A stretch of DNA of 64,000 nucleotides. It comes from Camelus dromedarius (taxonomy: Eukaryota). The DNA lies in assembly GCF_036321535.1 (NCBI RefSeq), contig NC_087436.1:57724001-57788000 (forward strand). The letters run 5' to 3'. The first letter of the stretch is position 1. Each line of letters begins with the position of its first letter. The notes below the pieces were generated by a model, which saw nothing but the letters and a program-made list of their open reading frames with translations, did not search any database and was not told the origin of the DNA. The translations under genes were made by a program, and so were the position numbers. This document shows, piece by piece, positions 40,570 to 53,911 of the stretch.

Positions 40570-41520
40570 CTTATATATGGCAATCATTTTCTTTCTAGAG
40601 TGAAAATTATCCTCTGTCCTGTCTAAAGGGAAAAGTTAAATGGAATAGAGTAGTTGGCTTCCTCCGGTCGTCTGTTAATATATAACCCTCAGTCTCAAGC
40701 AACAGACCTTCGTCTTTTTATTATCCTTCTTGATTTGAAAAGAATTTTTAACATTCTTTTTTGTTTCCTTAGGAATTCTCAATTCCATTTTTGCTTTAAA
40801 CTCACTGGAATTTTTCTTAGGTGTCTGTATTATTCTTCTGTAATCATTCTTGCTTATGTACCGCTACTTCCATCATTTTACATGTTCTCACGTTCACGGG
40901 AAAACTCCCTGCGCAGTTACACTGATTTCTTTCGGTATTTCAACTATTTCTTATTCATCAGCACCATCTGTGATTGCATGGTCTGAAGTCCATTTTCAAC
41001 AGTGTCCCTTTCCTTTTGTGGCATCGTCACTTTATTATTATATGGACTTGTAGTCATTCTTTCTGCAAGCTTTGTAAAAAGTGGACTTTCACTATCTTGC
41101 AGTTTCTAACTCTGCGTATCACTTCTTTTTCTGGCTTGCTCACACTGCAGAATTGAATGATAATTTTTTTCAGGGTTCTTGCTTTTTTTTTCTTTTTTAA
41201 TAAGTTCCTCTCTGTTGGTAGCAGTTAGGTCTCATGACAGGCCTCCATATTAAGTTTATAACTGATCCAAATATCTAGTTTTTGCAGAATGTTCTTATGG
41301 ACAAATGGCGGAAGTCCCCAATAATTACGATGTCTTACCCCTAAGCCAGTTTTATAACAAGAGTGTATGAGGCTTGTCTTCAGGTGGACTTCCTGAAATA
41401 CATCTTATCATAGCACCATTTCTGTTCCACTTTCCTTTGAACTTCACCCAGACACTATCATGTTTTCATGATTTCCACATGAAGCTCTTCACAACCCTGC
41501 ATTATTTCTGTCCTTCTTGT
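40570..41520 (-). mobile_element. CR1/L3 LINE fossil, endonuclease and linker region of ORF2
   Basis: Minus-strand DIVIIGDF (41334-41311), TNREELI (41219-41199), YISKNDYRRIIQT...KAKMELRIPKETKKNVK, and GLLLETEGYILTDDRRK appear in CR1 ORF2 order, broken by stops and frameshifts. Confidence 0.8.
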
Positions 41521-41839
41521 CTGCCTCATTAACCACTATATATTCTCAATTTCCGCAAATTGTTGGGGATGGAGTCTCAGGGAGGCAAGCCTAGAATACG
41601 AGTAGCTAGTGAAGCTTTAATCCAAACTCCTACATTGTGCACTGTCTGGACTAAAACTACTTTAAATCACAACAACGGTAACAAACGATCTTGCTCTGTA
41701 GGAATGTGTTTCTTTTGCTCCATTTTCCTCACCTCTGTATAGAAAACCATTCTGTTGCTCATGAATAAAAAATTTCTAGAGTGAAACTGAATGCATCAGG
41801 CCATAAAGCCAGTTGTCATTTGCTGTTAAGGTCACCCAA

Positions 41840-42600
41840 AAGGCAGTAGAGTGTAGGGCTCTGGAGCCAGACTGCCTGGTTCATATCCTAGATCCACCAC
41901 TAACTAGTTGTGTGAGTCTGGGAAGATTACTTCACTTCTCTCTGACTAAGCTAACTTTAGCCATTAAATGAGAGTAATCATAGATTCACACTCATCAAAT
42001 TGTTATGAAGATTAAATGAGATAATATAAAGTGATAAAGCATGCCAGGCATATAATGAGGACTGTCATTTCTCTCTGACAATACGCCTGGCTGGGAATGG
42101 CAGCATGCAGCAACACAATGACTGCAAGCTTCAGAATCAGGTATTAAGTCTTCTTCAGTCTTGCTACTTATGAGCTATGTGGCCTTAGGAAATGATTTCA
42201 TATTTAAGCTTTTCTTTTCTGTAAAATGATGATGAGACACTCTATACGACAGCGTTGATGTGAGAATTAGGGTGTGGCATAGAAGATGGATTTAAAGTGT
42301 GGGACATAAGACAGAGGAGTTGTTTTTAAGACTTTTCCTGCCCTCAACTGGTTTACATCACATTTGGGAGGCAGCACCAGCTCATGACTAAGATCTTCAC
42401 TCTAAAGTTAGACAGATTTAGGTTTAAATTTTGGCTCTGATAGTTACCAGCTCTGTAAACATGGAGAAGTTAATTAAACTCTCTTATTCTCTCATTCCTC
42501 ATCTACAAAATATTCACATAATATCATTGCAAAATTAAATGAAATAATTGAAATAAAGAGCTTAGCACAATGCCAGGAGTAGCACAGTTACTCACCCTAT
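41840..42600 (+). mobile_element. Three MIR SINE fragments in tandem
   Basis: gggctctggagccagactgcctggttca...atgaagattaaatgagataat; similar copies near 42110 and 42385. Confidence 0.8.
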
Positions 42601-45600
42601 TATCGTTGACTTGACTCCATTGTCATGAAACAAATTTCTGACTATAATTTGTAGATTTGCCTACAAGGATAATATGCACTTAATAACGGACGTCAGATTT
42701 CTAGTCGGCTCAATAGTTGTATTTCTAACTGTAAGTGAATAATTCAGAATTTTATGTATCTGCCTCTCATGAACGTCAATAGCCTCAATCAGTCTCAAAA
42801 GGCTGATCCACTTTGTTTCATGACAAGTTTCAATCCTAGAACCTGAAAAGCTGTGGTTCAGTTGCTGGGATTTTGTAAGAAGAGTCTGCATGCTGTCACT
42901 CTGGGATTCCCTACTGGGTGGAGAGCTGGATTTCTTAGAAAATTCTGTCCTAACTAAATGTCTGCATCAGTGAGAAAGAGGAGTGAAGAGCTTCTATGCA
43001 TTTCCTACATTTTAAAGAGGTGACAAATATTCATAAATTATTATGGTTACAATTATTTCAGTAAAGACTGGGATTTGATTTCTGGTTCTGCCTATTACTA
43101 GGTATAAGAGTTTACGCTTAGCTTCTTGGTCTTCAAAAAATGTGTATCAGCCCCTGCATTATAGGGATAATACAAAAATTAAAATATACGGTATATGAAT
43201 GCAACTAGTTTGTACAAATTACTTAGTAGATACTCAAACAATATTTATTCCCAGTCCATATTTTAATCCCTCCCTGTCTTATACTTTCTACCATTCAAAC
43301 TCTTTGCTGATTACTCTGCAAAATGATTCATGAAGATTTAATTCAAATCTGCTTCTCATCCCTAGACTACAGTTTAGTGATGTGTCACCCTTTGATGTTA
43401 CCGGTTCTTTATTTTCTTTCTCATATCTTCCCTAATATTCCATGTTAATGTCTTGGAAGGACATTGCTGAGAAACGTCCTTGGAAGAAACAGCACATGTA
43501 ACGGTAGGAACTGACACTTTTTCAAGACTGCTAAAGCATGTTGAGGTGAATGGGGAGATAAGTGGGTGGGCAGCATTGATGGGAACAGTTAAGGAGGCCG
43601 CAGAGACAGTGCTAAGAAGTTTGTCCTTTATCTTAAAGGTTGTCGGGTGTTTTTGCAGGACAATTACAGACTTCCTAGAATTCTAAAATTTCTGCTGATG
43701 TCTCAGTACTCCATATTTGCCAGTCTTTAGGTTATTTCCAAAAATCCTCTAGATTTTTCTAGAAATGAAATAGAACCATCTTACTCTGAACAAGATGTAA
43801 AATGTTCTGAGCACCATCTGTGTGTAACATGCCATTAATACCTTGTCTTCAAGTCAACACATCAAATTATGAAGATTACCCCTTCACTCACCTTAAAAAA
43901 AAAAAAAGAAGCCGAAGCCATTTTAATACTATCTCTCCTACTCATATAATTTTCTTACATTTATTTATTCCATTATAGTTAAGGTATAGCATTAATCTAC
44001 TTATCTGTGTTTCAGCCATAGAGGAGACATTTTTATTGCCGTTGCATTAGAATTTTTAAGTTACTTGTTTCATGTTTTAAAGGAAAGTAGTACATTTGAA
44101 ATAACTCTGTTCTGGAACATGGAGAGTTGGGTGCTCTTTCTAATCTGTGATTTCACATTCAGTGACCCTTGGCAAAGACACACGCTATATACAAGTCTCA
44201 ATTTTCTTCTGTGTAAAATGAAGGAGTACGATTAGGGTCTTTTATGACTCTTCAGTCTTTAACATTCTGTCTTTCCAGTATGTGCAAAACTCTGCTAAAT
44301 TCTGGAGGTAAGTTCTAGCATATATTTTTTCAGCATGCTCTCTTTATTTGATAATATTATCCATATCCATCTCTTTATTTGAGAATGGAAAGGAAAAAAG
44401 AAATATATCAAAAATTAAGGAATACATTCAAATGAGTAGCCATTTATTTCATCAAAGCATTAGCACTGACGGAAAAAATGCAGTTTTCTATACCTTTTTA
44501 AGATTATTCAGTTGAAAAATGGCTTAAGGAGCTCATTTTATAGAAAGCCACAAGTGAAATGAAGTAAACAGCAAACCATAACAATGCATTAGCCTTTCAA
44601 AGGTATTGTTTTGGAGATAGGACATATTTCATTTTTATGTGAAAATGATGTATGTACACGTATACATTTAATTTGTGACATCTTCCTATAATTTTCACAT
44701 GAAAATGAAGTGCATTGTAAAAATGTACCTATGTATAAACGAATCATTAGTATTCTCGTGAGTTGTGACAATTATTTCTCTCCGGCCATACTAATTGCAT
44801 CTCTCAAGTGAAAGTATGAATGGGATTTGCTTTTAGAGAGTTTCAGCAGCAACAGAGCAGAGCATCCAAGCTAATAATCAACAATCATTCACTCGGCCAA
44901 GAAGGCCGGCCCCTGCCTGAGTCTGACAACTGTCCATCATTGTTCTGTGAACTTTTCCATGAACAGTTGATTCTTTACAATATTTTTGTGAATACATGCA
45001 AAAAATGAGAAAAATTACTGCTTTGTAAAATCAAGCAACTTTTCATATTTTCTTGAATTTGTTTCCCCTCTAGATGTAGTTGGTCTTCTGTACGCAGACT
45101 AGTAAACATGCAGATTGTGAGCAGAGGCTGAGTAGAATCAGGATGGTCCAGTGCTGTGGTGGGAACAATCCACGAAAGACCACCTCCCAGAAACTCCAGA
45201 GGAACAGCCAGCATGGTCAGAGGCATCATCTTTAGCAGAAAATCAGGGAAGACTCTTTCAGGAAATGGTGTTTATCCATTTTCCAAAGCATAGGTGAAGG
45301 CCATGAGTCCAGCGGCATTAGTTATGATTTAAACAGTTGGCTTCAGATGTTTTCATTAACTGTGTTGACACTAACTATAATATTCATTTTATTTTGCACT
45401 TTACTGCACGTCTAATATGGAATCACGACTTACAAGTTTGACTCCAAATTTTAGTAGCTCATCTTTACAAATAGATATATCTTGCATTTTTAGCTCTGGT
45501 TCAAACACATGTTGTTATTTATTTTATTTAACATTTAGGGTATAGAATAGATTTAGCTAGATATTATTCTTAATTAGATGTGTATAAAGTTGGTAATTAT

Positions 45601-45999
45601 TTTCTTGTAAGCATATTTTAACATTATATTATATCAACTAACTTTGAGAATAGTTTTACTTGAATAAGAGAAGCAATATAATAGATATATGATTGGAAAA
45701 TTTCATGCATAAATACAAACCAAAACATGAATCCTTGAAGATGTTATCTTAGCAAGTCTTCCTGCATTTATAGACATTTTACTCAAACTAAGCATGCAGT
45801 TTTCTAGTTTATGGATTTAAACATTTCACAACTATAAAAAGACTCAGGTCATCATGGCATGTTACATCTCCAAGAGCTTTGCTCCCTAACATTGTGGCTG
45901 ACCCACATTTTAGAAACACAGAAACTAGAAAATGCCTTCAGATCATAAATTTTTAAGACTGTCCAAATCAGAGATCAGCTTTTATTTCTAAACAGAGAA

Positions 46000-46250
46000 G
46001 CAGCAGTGGGTGGTGGCTGGCTCTGCTGTACTGCCTGGGACAGAAACTGGCTCCTTTCACGAACTTGTTAACTGTGGGCAAATCACAAAATCTGTTGTAC
46101 CTCAGTTTCCTCACTTGTAAAATAAGAATAATAAATAGTATCTACCCTACAGGGTTATTAATTAGTAATAAGTTAGTAAATATACTGAAAGTACTTGTAT
46201 GAATACCCGGCATACAATGAGATTGACAGAAATATTTGTTATAATTACAA
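46000..46250 (+). mobile_element. MIR SINE
   Basis: gtacctcagtttcctcacttgtaaaataagaataataaatagtatctaccctacagggtt. Confidence 0.85.
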
Positions 46251-49200
46251 ATATCGTTACTACCTTAGTAATAGTGCTCAAGGTAAATGCCAGGCACTAT
46301 GATGAAAACTGGCTATTAAAGGAAGAATTTTTTTAAACCACCACATATAGGTTGTAAAACCTCTTTGCTTTTTCTGCTAATCTAACAAAGCATGAAGTAT
46401 GATATAACATCTGTTACTATAATTTTTTTGACAAGAACTATATTTCATCCACACAAAAAATAACATGAAAAAATTTAAAGTGTAATAAAACTGTTTCAGT
46501 GTATTTATAAAATAAATATGAAGGGAAAAGGACTATTAAAATTAACTCTGATGTCTTATTACAGGCTACCAAGAAAAATTAATGAAAGTGTCTAAATGCT
46601 TCAAACATTTAAGTACTATAAAAATGATTAGTTAAAAAAAAAAAACTTGGCACATACTCTGAGACAACATAAATAAATCTCGGTTCACAGTTCAGTGGGA
46701 AAGTCAGATTACTCCAAGGCCATAAGCCGAGATGGATGGAGGTGGTGTGAATGAGAGCAGAAAGCTGTGGGAAAGCTAGTGAAGACCTTCAAGGTCAGTT
46801 CCACTCCACAGATGCTCAGAGACTCCCGTGGTGGTGGCAGGACAAGCCTGCCGCTGGGTTACCAGTAACTGAGAAGATAAACCCCTGATACAGACCGGGG
46901 TAGGAAACAGGAGGGCAGGCAGACCCAGGACACCAGCTCAGGAAGTTCACCGCAGACATGTTGTTTCTCAAAACTTGGTGATGCCCATTTTTGAATTCTT
47001 AAACAGAACAGTACAGAGGTTTGACAGGTTTGTAACATTCTAGCATTTACCAGAGTCTTATCTATTCAAATTTCTCTGACACTGATATTGTGCTAAAACT
47101 CTGTCGAGATGTGATTCATTTAGGAAAATTCAATTACTTCCAGGTTCTAGACAACACTGCAGCACCCACTAGCACACCTCTGAAATGAGCCAGAAGAGAT
47201 ATTTTGCCCTAAAAATAAGTAACATTCATGGCTATTAAATTATAGAACAGGATTTGATGAGAGAACTGAGTTTAATGAGAAAAATATGAAACTGTGATTT
47301 TCCTGTCTTATGTTCCTTTGTTCCCACATTCATCTATCACCTTTGGGTTGTGATTAGGGTGGAGAGAAACAAAAATAATAAAAACAGAGAGAGATGAGAG
47401 AAGAGAAATAAAAGAGGAATTATGAACGAGAAAGGAGGGAACACTGCTGTAGAGTCCTGTACTGAAGAGGCACTGAAAAAAAACAACAGCTTCTGGAAGC
47501 ACTCCAGTACGTTTCCTTTCATTTCTACATGTACATATCCAACCACAACACATTCCAGAAAATTTAATAGTAACGTCAATGCTGATGTGAATTCAGGTGC
47601 CTGTAAAATATTCTCTTTGATTTTTGTTATAGAATGGTAAAAATATTTTGCAGTAACTACTCAAGCAAATGACACCATTTCAAGATTAAAATCATACTAA
47701 TTTTAAATTCAAGATAACTGAGAATTTTTTGTCTACCACAATATTACTGCCCATATTTCAGCCATGAATTATGATTCATCTGTTCCAGTCATGTTTACTC
47801 TCAGGAAGTCTTATTTTTATGAAATCTTTGGTCACAAAGCTAAGGTTTAGAAATGTGTCATTCAAGAGTGTTGGGGATGAAAGGATTCCTCTGATTGTTG
47901 ACAACAGTCATAGAAGGAGTGTGAGGAGGCTGTGATCTTCCTGTTTTCTCCTGTATCTGAAATACACTTAGAACACGTGTAAGGCTTCTCCACTGCAGGA
48001 GGGAGCTCTGTGTACTTTACCTAAAAGTAGCCCTCTAAATAGGCTCTCATTTTAAATTTTAGATCATGTCACAGCTACTGCTCTGAAAGAAAAATATTGG
48101 TTCAAGTGTTTAAAACAATGTAAACAAGATGTTATCAATCTAAGATGTTGTTGGATCATTTATCATATTCTATACATTAAATATTCAAGAATATCAGGAA
48201 ATGAAGACACTTCAGGTTGAAATAACTTCTAGGCTTACTCATTCTGTAGCTTCAACATTTTGCATGTTGTGGTGACCTAATATCTGAGAACAAGGCAGCC
48301 TCAAGTTGAAAGGGGGGACAGCATCCCATGCAGAAGCTTTGAAACAAGGTAGAGATTGGTGTGTTTAATAATTTGTATTTCCAAAACCTACCAAACACTT
48401 CTTTACCTTTTAGATGAAGAATCAGAATAAAGCAATCAATGACATGAGAAAGATAAAAGATATACCAGTAGAGAAATGTACATAGCAAGGTTTCTTATGA
48501 TATTATTATTCATTTAACTTTAAGTGACTGCTTTCAACATGGACTCTGAAAGATGACTGCACCTCAAATATTTTCCAATACTCTTTTCATTGTATGTCTT
48601 CTTTGAACACCTCAAAAAATGAGTGTCATGTATAAGCACACAGTTGAACGTCGATGATAAGTTGAGGAAAGAAAGGCTAGCTTTCATCCAGAGGAACTCC
48701 AAATTCCTTATAAAAACTTACACAATTATTAAGACATTATGGCCCTTCTTTTCTTTTTCATGCAAAATAAATGAAGAAAATGCATCTCAGTTTCAAATGG
48801 TCACACATGAATGAAAATCAAAGGCGTTAAGCCACGTAGGAGTGACCAAACTTCTCCTGATTTTAATATTAATTTTCATAATGATTATAAGGAAACTTCT
48901 GATATGACCCAATAGGGGAACACACGCGCGCGGACACACACATGGAAAGGCAATAGCTGCAAAAATAGGGGCAAGAATTCACTTTATAGGTCCTCTTTAT
49001 TATCCTAAATATTTATCTTCTCTCATATTCTTCATTTTACAACTCTCTTGCACAGGAATACAGTGTTAAAATACCAGAGAAAATCTGATGTCTCTTGCAC
49101 TTAAGCCTCATGAATATTTTACTTGATTCTCTACCCTCAGGGGCCTTACATCACTAGAGCATTGACTCTTTTCTTGATGCATAAATTATTCTAAAAATGC

Positions 49201-49429
49201 TTCCAATTTCAAGCAAGGTCAGCCTGGAAAATCTGAATACAAACAGGCCTGATTTAATGCAGTTTGACTATAAAAATATACAAGTTAAGTAAGAAACATA
49301 ATTTTGTAACTTGTTTTATTTCTCTGCACCATGGTTGACTTTGCCTTGTTTAACCAGTTATCACTTTTCTAAAATAAAATGTATGCCAATAACACATTTT
49401 ATACAAAAATTATTTATTTTAGTGTCTAT

Positions 49430-50520
49430 TCCTATTTCATCAAATATTTACCAAGCACTTGCTGATTTCCAGACATAATACTAGGCACAGGGGATATCAA
49501 CACAAGACATTTGGTCTCTGCCCTCACCAAATAAATCACTATGAATTGAGAAGATGGTGAAAATCAGGAAAACAATGGAGTGGAGAGGGAATGATAAGAA
49601 GTATTTTATGAGAAAATGGCTTTCAAGCTGAGTCCTAAAGGAGTTAGACCTGTGAAATGGGGAAGAGAGAACAGACTTGGTAGAAAGAACAGCAGAGCCA
49701 GAAAAGAATTTGGCATATTTGACGAAAGAAAAAGTGACCACTATGGTTTCAGCAAACTAAGTGCAAACTGGCTAAGTTGAAGATGGAAGATTAGGCAGTG
49801 TCTAGATCACGGACTTACAGGCCTTGGTAAAGGCTCAGGCTTGATTCTAAGCATCACTGATGCTTTCTCAGTAGAGGAATGACATACACATGATTCCAAC
49901 TTACAAGGTTTAAACTTGACTTACAATTTGTTGACTTTACCACGGAATGGTAATGTCTATGGAAGTGATAGACATTCAGTAGAAACCATACTCGGAATTT
50001 GGAATTTTGCACTCTTCCTGGGCTAGTGATATGCAGTACTGTACTCTCTCATGATGCTGGGCAGTGTCACAGCTCCCAGTCAGCCACGGGACAGGAGGGT
50101 AGACCACCAACATACAACCATTCTGTACCCAGACAACCACTCTGGTTTTCACTTTCAGGACAGTATTCAATAAATTACATGAGATCCAACACTTTATTAT
50201 AAACTGGGCTTTCTGTTAGATGATTTTGCCCAACTATAGGCTAATATAAGTGTTCTGAGCATGTTTAAGGTAGGCTAGGCTAAGTTATGAGGTTCTGTAG
50301 GTTAGGTGTATTAAATGCATTTCAACTTATAACATTTTCAATTTAAAATGGGTTTATCAGGACATAACCCTTCTACTTAATCATAAGTAGAGGAAGATCT
50401 ATAATTTGATTTGCAGTTCAAGAAGCTCTCTCCCAATGCTATGGAGGCAGGAAGCCATATTCAATGGCTTGGACCAAGATAAAAGTAGTGCAAGAAGAAA
50501 GAAGGGATTAGATCCTGATA
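49430..50520 (-). mobile_element. L2 LINE interrupted by Tigger5/MER47
   Basis: ttcatcaaatatttaccaagcacttgc...; L2 sequence gaatgaca|ta...ta|atttgatttgcag is continuous across the DNA transposon. Confidence 0.7.
49887..50401 (-). mobile_element. Tigger5/MER47-like TcMar DNA transposon
   Basis: gatgattttgcccaactataggctaat...aaggtaggctaggctaag...aggttaggtgtattaaatgcattt; TA on both flanks and degenerate terminal inverted repeats. Confidence 0.88.
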
Positions 50521-51462
50521 AAATCATTTATTCTATTTTGTGGCAAAACATAATTACATTTAAAAATTTTGCAAAAATGTATTTGGAAGGAAAAAAAATC
50601 TATTTAAACCACAGAATCCCAGAGCCTGAAGGAAACATATATTTCATTAAGTTCAATCTTTTGCTTTATAATGGAAGAAATTGAGGTTCTGAAAGCTGAA
50701 ATATAGTGCTTATAATTGCATCACCGAATCGCACCACCACCAGGTAAATCCAGGACTAGCACTCAGTCTTAGGGCTATCAGTCTTCACACCATGTCATGT
50801 GAAGTTTCAGGATGAAAGCTCCAGTGAGAAAATATACACATAGAAACCATTACTAGTAGAACTAAGAGGCTAGAGATGACAATTGTTTCAATGGAAAACA
50901 ATTCTGACAATAAGCAACCTAAAAGAGATATTTTTAAATACTTGGCAATCTGAAGCATCTGATGAATTTTTGAATGCTTTTAATCTTGTTTGTCATTGAA
51001 ACTAAATTATGTAAATTTTTCCTTTATGGGTACCTCCTTTTATCTTCTAAATGAACTTAACTGAAGAGTACTTTTTTGAAAAAAGGTTTATAGATATCTA
51101 GTTCAAGATTTTAAACAGCTGTTTATCACCTTTCCCTAGTGGGACTCTATTAAAAGTACTGCTAATTTATAAACAAGGATAAGTTATATAGACCCATAAT
51201 CTGTTTTGAGAATCCTAAGGAGAGGCCTGGGCCTTGGTAAAGCTGAAGAGAAAAGAAAGTATAATTAGAGAAGAGACTAAAAACTGGAATATTGAATGAA
51301 AATCTATAGAGGGACAGTTAACATTTCCACCCTTTTCCCCATGTTGCTGCCAGGTTTTCCTCCAAAGAAAAATCCCTCTGAGAGCTCTAGGTATGAGTGC
51401 CAGTGCTCTTAAACAAACTCTTCCACCTTCAGGACATTAGGTGACCCCAGCTTAATCGTGGA

Positions 51463-51489
51463 TCTCTCTCTCTCTCTCTCTCTCTCTCT
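51463..51489 (+). repeat. (TC)n microsatellite
   Basis: tctctctctctctctctctctctctct. Confidence 0.95.
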
Positions 51490-51559
51490 GACAGTCAGTA
51501 AACCCCACAGACACACCCAAGAACAGTGTGCAGTGCAGCACAGCATTCTGAAAGAACTA

Positions 51560-52900
51560 GTATTATCAGACATTTGAAGAAAAGCAGTAACTTAAAAGCA
51601 AAACAAGATGCTGAACAAAATTACTCAGAAACTAGAATACACTTAAACCAATCACAACAACAAAACCCTCTAGTTTGTGTTTCAGAAAGATTCAAGAATA
51701 TGTGGTTTCCTAATACAAAAATTAAAATCTGAAAATTAAAAAAATCAAACAGGAACCAATAGAGATTTTAAATAATTGACAAAATTGTTTTAAAAATTAA
51801 TAGAAAGACTGGAAAGATTAAAAAAACATTCTCAGAAAATAAAACAGAGAGAAAAGAGACAAGAGAGGGTCATTCTAGGAGCTCCAACAGTTTTCTACTA
51901 ATTCCAAAAATAAATAAATAATATAAAAGAGAGGAGATTGTGAATTGAAGTTATCTAATTATAATTACATCAGAGAATTTTCTAAAGTTGAAAAGTTTTC
52001 CTGTGACAGAAACATCCAATTTCCAAAAAACAGAGTACAAGAAATTAAAAAGGAAAACTACTGTTAGACAAGCTATTGTCAAATAGCTGACAACTACAGA
52101 GAAACAGATGCTTCAGATTGTTCCAGAGAGAAAGAAACACAGTCTTTTATTAGTTTCTCAGGGCTGCTTTAACGAAGTATCACAGAATCGGTGGCTTAAA
52201 ACAACAGAAATTTATCTTCTCACAGTCTAGAGGTTCGAAGCCTGAAACCAAGGTGCTGGCAGAGCCATGCTCCCTCTGAAACCTTTAAAGGAATCCTCTC
52301 TTGCTTCTTTTTAGCTTCTGGTGGTTGGCTGGAAATCTTTATTATTCCTTGACTTGTATCTACATAACTCTAATCTCTGCCTTCCTCATCACATGGCATT
52401 CCTCCCTGTGTGTCTGTTTTCACCTGGTCATTTTTCAAAATAAGGACGCTAGGTATATTTGATTAGGGGCCCACCTTCTTCAGTATGACCTTATCTTAAT
52501 GTAACTAATTACATCTGCAATGACCCAGTGACTGTAGTTGCAGTAAAGTCACATACTGATGTACTGGTGGTTAGGACCTCCCCATATCTTTTCTGAGGGT
52601 GACACAATTCAACCCATACCAGTCACTGAAACAGAAGTAAGAATCAGATTGGCATTACAGTTTGTGTCAGCAACAATAAATGCTAATGACATAAATAATG
52701 CCTTGCAAGTGAGTGGGGAAATGATTATCGACTTAGAAGCTTATGCCTAAATTAACTATCAATCAACTGTGAAGAAAGATAGAGGTATTTTTAAAGGTGT
52801 AAGGAATCAGAATCTTTTCTTTCAACACATCCTTCCCAAGGAAGTAATGTGAGGATTTTCTCTGACAAAAACCAGGACACTGAGGATGAAGAAACAGTGT
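51560..52900 (+). mobile_element. HAL1 / L1 ORF1-like fragment interrupted by MLT1
   Basis: cagagaattttctaaagttgaa before the LTR; agaatcagattggcattacagttt...agcaacaataaatgctaa after it. Confidence 0.6.
52146..52620 (-). mobile_element. MLT1B/C-like solo LTR
   Basis: tattagtttctcagggctgc...ggtggcttaaaacaacagaaatttat...gacacaattcaacccata; near-TSD agtct/agtca. Confidence 0.9.
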
Positions 52901-53479
52901 CTTCAGCCTAGAAGAGTAATACTGACTGTCCACAACAAAAATGGGATTGGTCTATGGAAAGGATCCAGAGTAGAGTGCTTGGGAGGGAGTGACACAGGAA
53001 ACAAAGGAAATTAGCAGAATAAATACGTGAGTTTGAAGTAAAGCAGAATCCATTGGCGGAGACTGAAAACAGGGCTATTCATTCAATTACAGCTCTAAGA
53101 GCACTGACACTGGTTGTTCACAGGCACGGTGACACTGAACTGATGAGAAGAAAATTTCATCACAGAGCACTGGCCATGGTAAACCACATTTGTAGAGTCA
53201 CCAGTATGCAAGTGTGCTTTATGGTCCACCTTCAGAATTAATCCAGAGACAAATCATAAACTAATAACTATGATTACAGAAGAAAGTAAGTATCAATTGT
53301 GAAAACACAAAGTAAAATACAACTGTCAGAGGTTGGATCATGGAACTTGGAGGGCGGAGGTAAAAGTTTGGAGCTTTAATCTCTCCATTTACACAAAGTG
53401 GAGCCACAGTCATTTTTTTAAAAAAAATGGGTGTGAATAAAAACTAGACTTAATAAACAGGCAGTTGAAAGGTATAGAG

Positions 53480-53850
53480 ATGACCAAAGGAACCTTGCAG
53501 CTCTTTCCTACCTCATGATTTTCCACTTGCTGGTCTCTGTCTTGAAATGTCTTACTCCAGATACTCACATGGCTTCCTCCCACGCCACATTCAGGTTTCT
53601 GCCCAAACGTTTGCTCCTCAGGAGACTTACCTTCGCTTTTCATCTCTGTGGCTAACCATGCTTTGTTTTTCCTCATAGTATGTATAAATATCGAGTATTA
53701 CAGTGTATTTTTACTTAATTATCGCCTCCCTCTCCTGCTGCAGTATAAGCTTTGTGAGGTCAGTACTTTATCACTGCTCTATTTCTCTCACTTAATGGCT
53801 GGCACATGTCAGGTGAGCAGTATGTATAAATGTGCTGAATAAATGAATGA
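53480..53850 (+). mobile_element. L2 3' end
   Basis: tataagctttgtgaggtcag...ctggcacatgtcaggtgagcagt...tgctgaataaatgaatga. Confidence 0.8.
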
Positions 53851-53911
53851 AAAACCAGTGGAAGAACTGGGAAGATTGATACAACTGAACTGGGAGGAAA
53901 TAGAAATGGGA

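Noticed and set aside
40654..41156. Cluster of plus-strand hydrophobic ORFs
   Set aside because: These are antisense shadows of the A-rich CR1 ORF2 fossil on the minus strand.
48919..48942. acacacgcgcgcggacacacaca, possible Z-DNA or CpG element
   Set aside because: A very short degenerate (CA)n/(CG)n microsatellite.
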